Positions 47,947 to 57,597 of a stretch of 64,000 bases of DNA are shown here, one piece after another. Source of the DNA: Gammaproteobacteria bacterium (GTDB lineage Bacteria > Pseudomonadota > Gammaproteobacteria > UBA5335 > SLRW01); assembly GCA_035638695.1 (NCBI GenBank), contig DASQZM010000008.1:252-64251 (forward strand), in the 5' to 3' direction. The translations under genes were made by a program, and so were the position numbers. A model generated the notes under the pieces. That model saw nothing but the letters and a program-made list of their open reading frames with translations, was not told the DNA's origin and did no database searches. Every line of letters starts with the position of its first letter. Position 1 is the stretch's first letter.

Positions 47947-49470
47947 ATGATCGACACCTATATCCGCAAGATCCTGAACGCACGCGTCTACGACGTCGCT
48001 GAAGAAACCCCCCTGGAAAAGGCCCCCAATCTTTCGGACCGGATCGGCAGCGAGATCTTCCTCAAGCGGGAGGATCTGCAGCCCGTGTTTTCCTTCAAGC
48101 TGCGCGGCGCCTACAACAAGATCTCCCAGCTGGATGAGCAGGCCCGCGCCCGGGGCGTGGTTTGCTCCTCGGCCGGTAACCATGCCCAGGGCGTGGCGCT
48201 GGCAGCGCGCCGGCTGGGTATCCGGGCGACCATCGTCATGCCCCGCACGACGCCGCCGATCAAGGTCCGCGCGGTGCGCAAGCTCGGCGGGCGCGCCGTG
48301 CTGCACGGGGATGCGTACGACGATGCCTACGAGTATGCCAAGCGACTCACCCGGGAGCGCGGCATGACCTTCGTACACCCCTACGACGATCCGGACGTGA
48401 TTGCGGGTCAGGGCACGGTCGCAATGGAGCTTCTGCGGCAGCACTCCGGCCCCCTGGACGCCGTGTTCATCCCGGTCGGTGGCGGCGGACTGCTGGCCGG
48501 CATGGCCTCCTATATCAAGTACCTACGGCCGGAGATCCGGGTCGTCGGGGTCGAGCCCGACGATGCCGCCAGCATGACCGAGGCGCTGCGTCGCCATCGT
48601 CGGGTGCGGCTGAAGCAGGTGGGCTTGTTCACCGACGGCGTCGCCGTGCGGCAGGCGGGGCGGGAGCCCTTCCGCGTGGCGCGCGAGACGGTCGACGACA
48701 TGGTGACGGTCAGCACCGACGAGGTCTGCGCCGCGATCCGCGACATCTATGAGGACACCCGCTCCATCGCCGAGCCGGCGGGCGCGCTGGCCACCGCCGG
48801 CGCCAAGCGGTACCTGGCCGACCGCGGCATTACCGGCTGGCGGGTGGCGGCGGTGATCGGCGGCGCCAATATGAACTTCGACCGCCTGCGTCACGTCGCC
48901 GAGCGCACCGAGCTCGGCGAGCACCGCGAGGCACTGCTGGCGGTCACGATTCCGGAGCGACCCGGCAGCTTCCTGCATTTCTGTCGCGACATCAGCAAGC
49001 GCACCATCACCGAGTTCAACTATCGCTATGCGGACGCGGCGCAGGCCCACGTGTTCGCGGGGGTCAAGCTGGAAGACGGGGTGGGGGAAAAGAACGCGCT
49101 GGTCACCTCCCTGCGGGAGGCGGGCTACACGGTCGTGGACATGGCCGACAACGAGATGGCCAAGCTGCACATCCGCTACATGGTAGGCGGCCATGCGCCG
49201 CTACTGGAAAATGAACGTGTCTACCGTTTCGAGTTTCCCGAGCGGCCCGGAGCGCTGCTGCGCTTTCTCAGCCGCATCGGTCGGGACTGGAACATCAGCC
49301 TGTTCCACTACCGCAACCACGGCGCCGACTTCGGCCGCGCGCTGGTCGGCATGCAGATTCCGTCCTCGGACCTGACGCGGTTCCGGGAGAAGATCGACAA
49401 GCTCGGCTACGAGTGCGCGGACGAGACCGGCAATCCGGCTTACGATCTCTTCCTTAGCCCGGGCAAATAG
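47947..49470 (+). CDS. ilvA: biosynthetic threonine ammonia-lyase with two ACT-like domains
   Basis: [10 protein letters not shown] (PLP Lys), SAGNHAQG. Length ~507 aa. Confidence 0.9.
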   Translation: MIDTYIRKILNARVYDVAEETPLEKAPNLSDRIGSEIFLKREDLQPVFSFKLRGAYNKISQLDEQARARGVVCSSAGNHAQGVALAARRLGIRATIVMPRTTPPIKVRAVRKLGGRAVLHGDAYDDAYEYAKRLTRERGMTFVHPYDDPDVIAGQGTVAMELLRQHSGPLDAVFIPVGGGGLLAGMASYIKYLRPEIRVVGVEPDDAASMTEALRRHRRVRLKQVGLFTDGVAVRQAGREPFRVARETVDDMVTVSTDEVCAAIRDIYEDTRSIAEPAGALATAGAKRYLADRGITGWRVAAVIGGANMNFDRLRHVAERTELGEHREALLAVTIPERPGSFLHFCRDISKRTITEFNYRYADAAQAHVFAGVKLEDGVGEKNALVTSLREAGYTVVDMADNEMAKLHIRYMVGGHAPLLENERVYRFEFPERPGALLRFLSRIGRDWNISLFHYRNHGADFGRALVGMQIPSSDLTRFREKIDKLGYECADETGNPAYDLFLSPGK

Positions 49471-49518
49471 GCCGCGCGGGCCGGGTCCGCGTTCATCCAT
49501 TGTGCCGAGGGAGACGGA

Positions 49519-50352
49519 ATGAAGGCTCTTCAGGATCGTGTGGCGGTGGTCACCGGGGCAGGCTCCGGCATCGGGCGGGGCGTCGCTCTTGAGCTCGCGC
49601 GCCGGGGCGCGCGGCTGGCGCTGGCCGATCTCGACGAAGCGGGCATGCAGGAGACCGCCTCGCAGGTGGAGGCCCTGGGCCGCAAGGTGACCACCCACGC
49701 GATCGATGTCTCGGACCGCGGCCGCATGGAACGCTTTCCGGATGAGGTGGTCGAGGCGCACGGGCGTGTTCACGTGGTGGTCAACAATGCCGGGGTGACC
49801 GTGGTGCACACGGTCGAGAAGATGGATCTCGACGATTTTGAATGGATCATGGGGATCAACTTCTGGGGCATGGTGTACGGGTCCAAGTTCTTCCTGCCGT
49901 ACCTGCTGCGCGAGGACGAGGGGCACATCGTCAACCTGTCGAGCATCTTCGGCGTCATCGGCGTCCCCAACCAGAGCTCCTACTGCTCCAGCAAGTTTGC
50001 CATCCGCGGCTTCACCGAGTCGCTCCGTGCCGAGCTCCGGGATACTACGGTCGGGGTGACCAGCGTGCACCCCGGCGGGGTGGACACCAGCATCGTGCGC
50101 AGCTCCCGGTTCCGCGACAGCATGACGGCGCAATCGAAGGAGGAGTTGGCGGAGACCTTCCGCAAGGCAACCATGACCACCCCGGAGAAGGCCGGTCGGT
50201 TGATCGTCGACGGAATCGCCGCTGGCCGCCCGCGGCTCCTGGTGGGGCCGGACGCCAAGCTGCTGGACAAGATCCAGCGCCTGATGCCGGCGCGCTACCA
50301 GGGGCTGGTGCAGCGGCTGATGCAGCGCGGCCGGGAGCAGCGTGCCGGCTAG
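49519..50352 (+). CDS. SDR family oxidoreductase
   Basis: TGAGSGIGRG, NNAG, YCSSK motifs. Confidence 0.85.
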   Translation: MKALQDRVAVVTGAGSGIGRGVALELARRGARLALADLDEAGMQETASQVEALGRKVTTHAIDVSDRGRMERFPDEVVEAHGRVHVVVNNAGVTVVHTVEKMDLDDFEWIMGINFWGMVYGSKFFLPYLLREDEGHIVNLSSIFGVIGVPNQSSYCSSKFAIRGFTESLRAELRDTTVGVTSVHPGGVDTSIVRSSRFRDSMTAQSKEELAETFRKATMTTPEKAGRLIVDGIAAGRPRLLVGPDAKLLDKIQRLMPARYQGLVQRLMQRGREQRAG

Positions 50353-50368
50353 CTGCCTCGGGCCTTTC

Positions 50369-50827
50369 TCAGCCCTCCGCGAGGGACAGGATGAAGTGCC
50401 ACTGGTCCTCGGTCACCGGCATCACGGACAGCCGATTGCCGCGGCGCACCAGGGGCATGCCCGCCAGCTCAGGGTGGCTTTTCAGCTCGCGCAGTGCGAC
50501 CACCCGCGGCAGATGCCGCAGGTAGCGCACATCGACCATGTACCAGCGGGGCTTATCGCGGTCGCTCTTCGGATCGTAGTGCGGGTCGTCCGGGTTGAAG
50601 GCCGTGTGGTCGGGGTAGCCGGCCCGCGCGATCTCCATGATCCCGACGATGCCCGGCTCAGCGCAGTTGGAGTGATAGAAGAACGCCCGGTCCCCGAGCT
50701 GCATCTCGTCGCGCATTATGTTGCGTGCCTGGTAGTTGCGCACGCCGTCCCAGTGGTCGGTCCCGGCGGCCTTCAGATCGTCGAGGCTGAACACGTCGGG
50801 CTCGGATTTCATCAGCCAGTGGCGCAC
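50369..50827 (-). CDS. EVE (PUA-like) domain protein
   Basis: MRHWLMKSEPDVFSLDDLKAAGTDHWDGVRNYQARN. Confidence 0.85.
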   Translation of the reverse strand: MRHWLMKSEPDVFSLDDLKAAGTDHWDGVRNYQARNIMRDEMQLGDRAFFYHSNCAEPGIVGIMEIARAGYPDHTAFNPDDPHYDPKSDRDKPRWYMVDVRYLRHLPRVVALRELKSHPELAGMPLVRRGNRLSVMPVTEDQWHFILSLAEG

Positions 50828-50861
50828 GTGGCCCCCCTACTGCAGCAAAGACTGAGGCTGG

Positions 50862-51497
50862 TCATCCATCCAGGTTGCGGAAACCCGCTTCGGTCACCAC
50901 TCCACTCAGCGGCACGTCCCAAGGCTCGCGCGGCAGCGCTGCCAGTCGCTGGAACTCGTGGGCCACGCCGATCAGGCGCGGTTTGCGCCAGGACCGGCGC
51001 AGGCGCAGGAATTCGAACGTACGGTCATAATAGCCGCCTCCCATCCCCAGCCGGTTGCCGTGGTCGTCAAAGGCCACCAGCGGCGCCATCACCAGATCCA
51101 GGAAGCGCGGGTTAATCACCCGGCCCGGATCGGGCAGCGGTTCCGGGATGCCGAACCGGTTGGCGACCAGGACCTCGCCCGGAGCGTGGCGCACGAACCG
51201 CAGCCCGACCCGGCGAGGCGAGCCGGCCAGCACCGGAAGAAACACCTGTTTGTCCATGGCCTGGGCATGCTGCATCACGGTCCCCGGATCCATTTCCCCG
51301 TCCGTGGCAAGGAACAGCGCGATGCGGCGACTGTTCCGGAACAGCGGCAATGCCGTGATGATGCGGCTCATAGCCCGGCCGCGGTGGAAACGCTGGTCAG
51401 CGCTCAGCTCCCGGCGACGCCGGCGCATCTCGCGGCGCAGCGCGCTCTTGTCGGCCTGGGTGTCTGGTGCGATTAGGGGGCCGGGGTCCTTGGTCAT
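50862..51497 (-). CDS. ygfA: 5-formyltetrahydrofolate cyclo-ligase
   Basis: ALFLATDGEMD, LVAFDDHGNRLGMGGGYYDR. Position directly downstream of the 6S RNA. Confidence 0.85.
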   Translation of the reverse strand: MTKDPGPLIAPDTQADKSALRREMRRRRRELSADQRFHRGRAMSRIITALPLFRNSRRIALFLATDGEMDPGTVMQHAQAMDKQVFLPVLAGSPRRVGLRFVRHAPGEVLVANRFGIPEPLPDPGRVINPRFLDLVMAPLVAFDDHGNRLGMGGGYYDRTFEFLRLRRSWRKPRLIGVAHEFQRLAALPREPWDVPLSGVVTEAGFRNLDG

Positions 51498-51528
51498 GGC
51501 GTCGGCTTCCGGGATGGCTGCGAACAGG

Positions 51529-51556
51529 ACGCCCCGGGCGTATCCGCCCGGGGCGT
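51529..51556 (-). other. perfect 12-bp-stem hairpin between ssrS and the 5-FCL gene
   Basis: ACGCCCCGGGCG-TATC-CGCCCGGGGCGT (sequence as written on the + strand). No clear U tract. Confidence 0.4.
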
Positions 51557-51579
51557 TTCCGCCGTCCGCGGCGAAGTGG

Positions 51580-51772
51580 GGGGCGCCTCCCGCCCGTGCC
51601 GTCGGGTACCATCGACCTTGAACCAGTGGTTCAGGTGGGGTCGGTAGCCGGGGCCTCAGGCTTTCCGCTCACGGGCGGACTTGCTCAACAGCCCCGACAC
51701 TCCCAACCCCCGGGTCGGTGAATAGGCTCAAGAGGTAACTCCCGATACCCGTCGAACACCGCAGGAAGCGCC
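51580..51772 (-). ncRNA. ssrS: 6S RNA
   Basis: Minus strand aligns by eye to E. coli 6S: GUGUUCGACGGGUAUCGGGAGUUACCUCUUGAGCC, GUUGAGCAAG-hairpin-AAGCCUGAG, ACCUGAACCACUGGUUCAAGG. Closing stem GGCGCUUCC/GGGAGGCGCC. zapA-ssrS-ygfA synteny. Ends are +/-10 nt. Confidence 0.75.
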
Positions 51773-51820
51773 AAACCGATGACGGCGGGGCGAACCCCGC
51801 CGTTGGCCAGACCCGGGTTC

Positions 51821-52141
51821 TCAATGCTGCCGGGGCTCGTCCCGGGCGAGTGCCAGGTCCAGCTTGTCGTTCAAAACACGAATCCGGTCCATGTCCAGTT
51901 CGCTGGCATGCTGTCGCTGACGACCGCCGAGAACCTCGTTGGCGAGATTCAGAGCCGCCATCACGGCGATCCGGTCCAGCCCCACGACCTTCCCCTGGTC
52001 GCGAATCTGCCTCATTCTGTCATTCAGATGCTGAGCCGAGTCAAGCAGGTCCTGGCGCTCGTCCTCGGCGCAGGCGACCTGGTATTCCTTGCCCAGGATG
52101 CGGATGGTCACCGGGTTCGTGCTGCCTGGGTCGTCGGCCAT
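51821..52141 (-). CDS. zapA: cell division protein ZapA
   Basis: VTIRILGKEYQVACAEDERQDLLDSAQHLNDRM. Confidence 0.9.
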   Translation of the reverse strand: MADDPGSTNPVTIRILGKEYQVACAEDERQDLLDSAQHLNDRMRQIRDQGKVVGLDRIAVMAALNLANEVLGGRQRQHASELDMDRIRVLNDKLDLALARDEPRQH

Positions 52142-52142
52142 C

Positions 52143-52352
52143 TCAGGATATCTGCTCCATTGACTTCAGGCGCGAGATCATCGCTTCCACGCGGGCCCGG
52201 ACCAGCTCGTTGCGCTGGATCAGGTGGGCGCGCTCCGTGGCGAGCTGCTCCTGCCGGTCGCGCAGCGAACGGTTCTCGTCCCGCAGCCGCCGGCACAGGG
52301 CGAGAAGCTCGTCCACCTGCCGTTCGAGTTTCTCCAGTTCCGATTCGGCCAT
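52143..52352 (-). CDS. coiled-coil ZapB-like (TIGR02449-type) protein
   Basis: MAESELEKLERQVDELLALCRRLRDENRSLR. 1-nt gap to zapA. Confidence 0.7.
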   Translation of the reverse strand: MAESELEKLERQVDELLALCRRLRDENRSLRDRQEQLATERAHLIQRNELVRARVEAMISRLKSMEQIS

Positions 52353-52537
52353 GCTCGGGCCCCGCTCGGTACACGTCACGTCGCTCGACTATAGGGTCCC
52401 ACCGGGCAATTATCAACGCGGGCGTTGGGCCGCGTGAGGCCGCGGTGATAGCATGAAGCGAAAGCCGGCGCGCTCGCGCGCCTTCGGCGGGCGGCATCGT
52501 TTCCCACCTGAACCGGGCACGAGAGCAGGTTCCGCGA

Positions 52538-53101
52538 GTGAATACCGACTGGTATCAGACGCTGCAGGAAGCGCTCGTCCGCGCGGGCGCCGTCACGGAC
52601 GCCGCGGAGTGCCACGGCAGCCTGTGCGGGTGGCTGTGCGGGGCCCATGAAAGCGATCCGCGTCCGTGGATCGACGAGAGCTTGGGCGGTGCTGATCCCC
52701 GCAATCTCGCCGCCGGCGAGTGCCGGGAGCTCCTGTTGCAGCTCCACGGCGAGACGCGCCGGGTGCTGGAGGCGGCCGGAACGGATCTGCACCTGGTGCT
52801 GCCCCCGGACAGCGCGCCGCTCGAGCAACGCGTGGATGAGCTGGGGCACTGGTGCCAGGGGTTCCTGCACGGTCTGGGGGTGGCGCGACCTGGCAGCATG
52901 GAAGGGCTGCCGGAGAACAGTCGCGAGGTGATCCACGACTTTCTGGACGTCACCCGCGCGGCGCTTGAGCCCGATGGCGACGACGAGGAGCAGGAAGGGG
53001 CCTACGCGGAGATCGTCGAGTACATCCGGGTCGGGGTACTCCTGGTCTACGAGGAGCTCTACCCTGAACAGGACGGAACCTCGCCCAGGCGCCTCCACTA
53101 G
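52538..53101 (+). CDS. ygfB: UPF0149 family protein YgfB
   Basis: AAECHGSLCGWLCG and WCQGFLHGLG motifs. ygfB-pepP-ubiH synteny. Confidence 0.85.
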   Translation: MNTDWYQTLQEALVRAGAVTDAAECHGSLCGWLCGAHESDPRPWIDESLGGADPRNLAAGECRELLLQLHGETRRVLEAAGTDLHLVLPPDSAPLEQRVDELGHWCQGFLHGLGVARPGSMEGLPENSREVIHDFLDVTRAALEPDGDDEEQEGAYAEIVEYIRVGVLLVYEELYPEQDGTSPRRLH

Positions 53102-53171
53102 AGGGGCTTGCTGAAAAAGGTCCACCCATGGCCTTTTTCAGCGTCGCAACCGGCAAACGCGGTTTCCCGGC
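53101..53171. repeat. hairpin repeat F, copy 2 (complete hairpin)
   Basis: GAGGGGCTTG, then CTGAAAAAGG-TCCACCCATGG-CCTTTTTCAG, then CGTCGCAACCGGCAAACGCGGTTTCCCGG. Same blocks as 18842-18899. Confidence 0.6.
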
Positions 53172-53284
53172 TGCCCCATATGCAAGCACTTGCAGTGCAT
53201 GAAAATGGCCCTACATCCCTGTAGCGCACAGGAGCGGCCCGGCAGCGTCGCGGCCGGGCAGGTCGAGGACAATCGGGAGCATCA

Positions 53285-54589
53285 ATGAAGCAGAAGGAGT
53301 TCGCACGCCGCCGCCGCCAGTTGATGGAAGCGATGGGTGAGGGCAGCATCGCCATCGTCCCGGCGGCACCCGAGCGCACGCGCAACCGCGACGTCGAGTA
53401 TCCCTACCGCCAGGACAGTGACTTCTACTATCTCACCGGGTTCCCGGAGCCGGGCGCCGTGCTGGTCCTCCTGCCCGGACATCCGCGCAATGCATACGTC
53501 CTGTTCGTGCGCGAGCGGGACCCGGAGATGGAGGTCTGGAACGGTTACCGTGCCGGCCCGGAGGGGGCCTGTGACAGCTACGGCGCGCAGGAGTCCTACC
53601 CGATCGACGATATCGACGACATCCTTCCGGGGCTGCTCGAGCCGGTGGAGCGGGTGTTTTACACGATGGGCAACAATCCCGAGTTCGACCAGCGGCTGAT
53701 CGGCTGGGTCAACCGGCTGCGGCAGCAGGCGCGCAAGGGAGTACACACGCCCTGGGAGTTCGTTTCACTGGAGCATCATCTGCACGAGATGCGTCTGTTC
53801 AAGGACCGGGCTGAGCTGGGCACCATGCGGCGCGCGGCGCACGTGAGCACGACGGCTCACCGGCGCGCGATGCAGGTGTGCCGTCCGGGAATGCGCGAGT
53901 TCGAGCTGCAGGCCGAATTCGCCCACGAGTTCCTGCGCAACGGCTGCGACTACGCGTATCCGCCCATCGTGGGCGGGGGTGCCAACGGCTGTATCCTGCA
54001 CTACATCGAGAACTCGGCAGTGCTGCGCGACGGCGACCTGGTGCTCATCGACGCCGGGGCCGAGTACGACTGCTACGCCGCGGACGTCACCCGCACGTTC
54101 CCCGTGAACGGCCGTTTCAGCGCCGAGCAGCGCGCGCTCTACGAAGTGGTGCTCGCGGCCCAGGACGCGGCGATCGCGAAGGTGCATCCGGACAACGACT
54201 GGAATGCGCCGCACGAGGCGGCCGTGCGGGTGCTGTGCCAGGGCCTCGTGGATCTGGATATTGTCCGCGGCGGCGTCGACGAGGTGATCGAGACCGAGGC
54301 CTACCGGCCGTTCTTCATGCACCGCACCGGCCACTGGCTCGGCATGGACGTGCACGACGTCGGCGATTACCGCGTCAGCGACCGCTGGCGGATGCTGGAA
54401 CCAGGCATGACTCTGACCGTGGAGCCGGGCCTGTACGTGCGCGCGGGCAGCGCCGGGGTGGACGAGCGCTGGTGGGACATTGGCATCCGCATCGAGGACG
54501 ATGTCCTGGTCACGCGCGAGGGTGGTGAGGTGCTCACTTCCGAGGCGCCCAAGAGCATCGCGGACATCGAGGCGCTGATGGCGGCGTGA
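53285..54589 (+). CDS. pepP: Xaa-Pro aminopeptidase
   Basis: DSDFYYLTGF, HRTGHWLGMDVHD, VEPG and RIEDD motifs. Confidence 0.95.
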   Translation: MKQKEFARRRRQLMEAMGEGSIAIVPAAPERTRNRDVEYPYRQDSDFYYLTGFPEPGAVLVLLPGHPRNAYVLFVRERDPEMEVWNGYRAGPEGACDSYGAQESYPIDDIDDILPGLLEPVERVFYTMGNNPEFDQRLIGWVNRLRQQARKGVHTPWEFVSLEHHLHEMRLFKDRAELGTMRRAAHVSTTAHRRAMQVCRPGMREFELQAEFAHEFLRNGCDYAYPPIVGGGANGCILHYIENSAVLRDGDLVLIDAGAEYDCYAADVTRTFPVNGRFSAEQRALYEVVLAAQDAAIAKVHPDNDWNAPHEAAVRVLCQGLVDLDIVRGGVDEVIETEAYRPFFMHRTGHWLGMDVHDVGDYRVSDRWRMLEPGMTLTVEPGLYVRAGSAGVDERWWDIGIRIEDDVLVTREGGEVLTSEAPKSIADIEALMAA

Positions 54590-54605
54590 GACGGACGGCA
54601 CGGGG

Positions 54606-55871
54606 ATGATGGAAAAGCCTGACAATGCGGGCGCCACCTACGACGTGCTCATCGTCGGTGGCGGGATGGCGGGCGCCAGCCTGGCCTGCGCCCTCGGCGA
54701 GCTCCCGCTGCGCGTGGCCCTGGTGGAGGCCGTCGCCTTCGGCGACACCGGGCCGCCGAGCTACGATGATCGCACCACGGCGCTGTCGCACGCCACGCGC
54801 ATGATCTTCGAGGGGATCGGGGTGTGGCCGGCCCTGGTGCCGTGGGCGGAGCCGATCCGGGCGATTCACGTCTCCGACCGGGGACATATCGGCACGACGC
54901 GCCTGCGGGCCGCCGAGCTGGGGCTGCCGGCGTTCGGCTACGTGGTGCCGAACCGCGCCCTGGGCAGCGCCCTGATCGAGACCACGCGTGGCCTCGACAA
55001 CGTCGACCTGCTCAATCCCGTCACCGTGCAGGGCATTGCCCGGGACGAGAGCGCGGTCACGGTCTCGGTCCGGGACGGGGACGCCACGCGTCGGCTGGAG
55101 GCAAGACTGCTCGTGGGCGCCGACGGCGCGGAATCACCGCTGCGCGACATGCTGGGCATCGGGGTGACCCGGCGCGAGTACGGCGAGTCGGCGGTGGTCG
55201 CGAACGTCACGCCCGCGCGTCCGCACGAGGGCACGGCCTGGGAACGCTTCACGCCCGCCGGTCCCACGGCCCTGCTGCCGATCGCCGACGACCGCTACGC
55301 GGTCATCTGGACCACGCGCAGCGAACGCCTGGACGAACTTCTGTCGCTGGACGACGAGACCTTCCTGCGCGCCCTGGGAGACCGCTTCGGGGGCCGTGTC
55401 GGGCCGTTCCGGGAAGCGGGCCGGCGCCATGACTATCCCCTCTCGCGGGTGGTGGCCCGAGAGCTGGTTGCGGACCAGGTGGCGCTGGTGGGCAACGCCG
55501 CCCATACCCTGCATCCGGTTGCCGGACAGGGCTTCAACCTCGGTCTGCGCGACGTAGCCCTGCTGGCCGAGTTGGTCGCGCGCGCGACGCGCGCCGGCGA
55601 GCCGCCCGGCGGCCGCAGGCTGCTGCAGCGCTATGCGGCCGCGCGTCGGCGGGATCTGTGGCGCACGTCCGGCCTGACCGAGGGACTGCTGTGGACCTTC
55701 TCGACCCGGCTGGTCCCGGTGGTTGCGGGCCGTAACCTGGGAATGATCGGTCTCGACCTGGCCGGTCCGCTGCGGCACGCCTTCAGTCGCACCGCCATGG
55801 GCGTCTCGGCAGACATGCCCTGGCTGGCCCGCGGTCGGCCGCTCTCGACGCTGCCCGAGGAGCCGGTGTGA
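54606..55871 (+). CDS. ubiH: 2-octaprenyl-6-methoxyphenol hydroxylase (FAD monooxygenase)
   Basis: YDVLIVGGGMAGASLA and GNAAHTLHPVAGQGFNLG motifs. Confidence 0.9.
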   Translation: MMEKPDNAGATYDVLIVGGGMAGASLACALGELPLRVALVEAVAFGDTGPPSYDDRTTALSHATRMIFEGIGVWPALVPWAEPIRAIHVSDRGHIGTTRLRAAELGLPAFGYVVPNRALGSALIETTRGLDNVDLLNPVTVQGIARDESAVTVSVRDGDATRRLEARLLVGADGAESPLRDMLGIGVTRREYGESAVVANVTPARPHEGTAWERFTPAGPTALLPIADDRYAVIWTTRSERLDELLSLDDETFLRALGDRFGGRVGPFREAGRRHDYPLSRVVARELVADQVALVGNAAHTLHPVAGQGFNLGLRDVALLAELVARATRAGEPPGGRRLLQRYAAARRRDLWRTSGLTEGLLWTFSTRLVPVVAGRNLGMIGLDLAGPLRHAFSRTAMGVSADMPWLARGRPLSTLPEEPV

Positions 55872-57106
55872 GCGCGCGCGCGGACTGCGACATCGCGGTG
55901 ATCGGCGCCGGCATGGTGGGGGTGACGCTGGCCTGCGCGCTCGCCTCGGACGGCTGGCGGGTCACGCTGGTGGAGGAATCCGGGCTGCCCTGGCCGCCGC
56001 CGGCCTTCGATCCGGAAGCGGAGCCGGATCTGCGGGTGTCCGCGGTCTCGGTGGCCTCGGAGCGGATATTCCGCAACCTGGGCATGTGGGAGCTCCTGGA
56101 GGGCTGGCGGGTCAGTCCCTACTGGCGGATGCAGGTCTGGGAAGGCAGGGCGACGATCGGTTTCGACAGCGCCGAGCTGCCCTGGCCGCACCTGGGACAC
56201 ATCATCGAGAACCGGCTGATCCGCGACGCCGCCCTGCACTGCCTGCACCGGGTGGCGGGAGAGCGTGTCCGCGCGGTGGTCGGCACGGCGGTGAGTGGCA
56301 TGCGGCCCGACGGGGCCGGCGCGGCCCGGCTGCGCCTGGGCGACGGGAGCGCGCTGTCCGCCCGCCTGGTCGTCGCGGCGGACGGAGCGGGCTCGCCCCT
56401 GCGCGAGATCGCGGAGCTGCCGGCACGGCAGCGCTGGTATGACCAGCAGGCGGTGGTGGCGATGGTCGAATGCGAGCGGGCTCATGGAGCGACCGCCCGG
56501 CAGCGGTTCATGCGTACCGGGCCGCTGGCCCTGCTGCCGCTGGCGGACGGCCGCTGCTCCATCGTCTGGAGTACCGCGCCGGAGCACGCCGACGAGCTCG
56601 TTGCCATGGCGCCGGAAGCGTTCGCTGACGCCGTGAGCGAGGCCAGCGAGCACGTGTTGGGGCGCTTGGAGCTCGCCGGGGAGCGGCGCAGCTTCCCGCT
56701 GCAGTTCCTGCAGGCCAGGCGCTACCGCGCACCGCGCCTGGCACTGGTCGGCGACGCGGCCCATGTGGTGCATCCGCTGGCTGGCCAGGGCGTCAATCTC
56801 GGATTGCTGGATGCGGCCGCCCTCGCCGGGGTGTTGCGCCAGGCAGGGGCACCGTGGATGGACCCCGGTTCGCAACGCCTGCTGGGGCGCTACGAGCGCT
56901 GGCGCAAGGGGCACAACCTGCTGGTCGGCGGCCTCATGGATGGCTTCAAGCACCTGTTTGGCAGTCCCAGTCCGGTGCTCGCGCTGGCCCGGGACAACGG
57001 CCTCTCGCTGGCCGACCGCTCGGGGCCCCTCAAGCGCGCGATCATGCGCCAGGCAATGGGACTGGAGGGCGACCTGCCGCCACTGGCCCGCCCGTTGCCC
57101 GCTTGA
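55868..57106 (+). CDS. ubiI: UbiH/UbiF/UbiI/Coq6-family FAD monooxygenase
   Basis: DIAVIGAGMVGVTLA and GDAAHVVHPLAGQGVNLG motifs. Position after ubiH, as for visC/ubiI in E. coli. Confidence 0.75.
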   Translation: MSARADCDIAVIGAGMVGVTLACALASDGWRVTLVEESGLPWPPPAFDPEAEPDLRVSAVSVASERIFRNLGMWELLEGWRVSPYWRMQVWEGRATIGFDSAELPWPHLGHIIENRLIRDAALHCLHRVAGERVRAVVGTAVSGMRPDGAGAARLRLGDGSALSARLVVAADGAGSPLREIAELPARQRWYDQQAVVAMVECERAHGATARQRFMRTGPLALLPLADGRCSIVWSTAPEHADELVAMAPEAFADAVSEASEHVLGRLELAGERRSFPLQFLQARRYRAPRLALVGDAAHVVHPLAGQGVNLGLLDAAALAGVLRQAGAPWMDPGSQRLLGRYERWRKGHNLLVGGLMDGFKHLFGSPSPVLALARDNGLSLADRSGPLKRAIMRQAMGLEGDLPPLARPLPA

Positions 57107-57291
57107 TTCCTGCGCAACTTCCGCCGGTACGGCCGGCCGGGGACCGGATGCGCGGAATGCGGGTGTCGGGCCCGCAACAGGCACCGTCACGGGGCTTCGG
57201 GGGGATCTTACATCGCCTTATCGCGATGGAGTGATGTATCGGATTTGTGTTGGCATTCCCGCTTTGGGTATATTCTGCTCCTCGACGATCG

Positions 57292-57480
57292 TGCATGCGG
57301 GAGAGATCCGGCTACGGGCCGGACGCCGAAGGCGCAAATCCGCCCGGAAACGCTCAGGCAAAAGGACCGCTTGCATGCGTCGGCTCTGGAGAGCGCGCCC
57401 GCGGGGGCGCCACCGAAGGGGCAGGAGGGGCCGTCCGGCGTTCGGGGCTTCTCCGATCTCTCAGGTTACCGGACAGAGGG
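57292..57480 (+). promoter_or_regulatory. tandem glycine riboswitch (two aptamers)
   Basis: Aptamer 1: GGGAGAG...CGCCGAAGGCGCAA...CTCAGGCAAAAGGAC. Aptamer 2: CTCTGGAGAG...CACCGAAGGGGCA...CTCAGGTTACCGGACAGAG. Directly upstream of gcvT. Confidence 0.85.
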
Positions 57481-57513
57481 GCGGCAGGTTGATACGGCCT
57501 GCCGCTCCTTTTT
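57481..57513 (+). terminator. riboswitch expression-platform terminator
   Basis: GCGGCAGG-TTGATACGG-CCTGCCGC followed by TCCTTTTT. Confidence 0.6.
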
Positions 57514-57597
57514 CGTTTGCGGCGGCCGCCTCGAAAAATCGCGCCCCGTCCGGGCCGGGTGGCTCCGAATGCGGCGGACCAGCTTGGGAGAGAGCCT

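Noticed and set aside
57250-57272. TGGCATTCCCGCTTTGGGTATAT upstream of the glycine riboswitch resembles the repeat terminus.
   Set aside because: Only about 15 matching positions, with a 6-nt gap (the CTGACC core is missing). It overlaps a plausible ordinary promoter and is too short to call a family member by eye.
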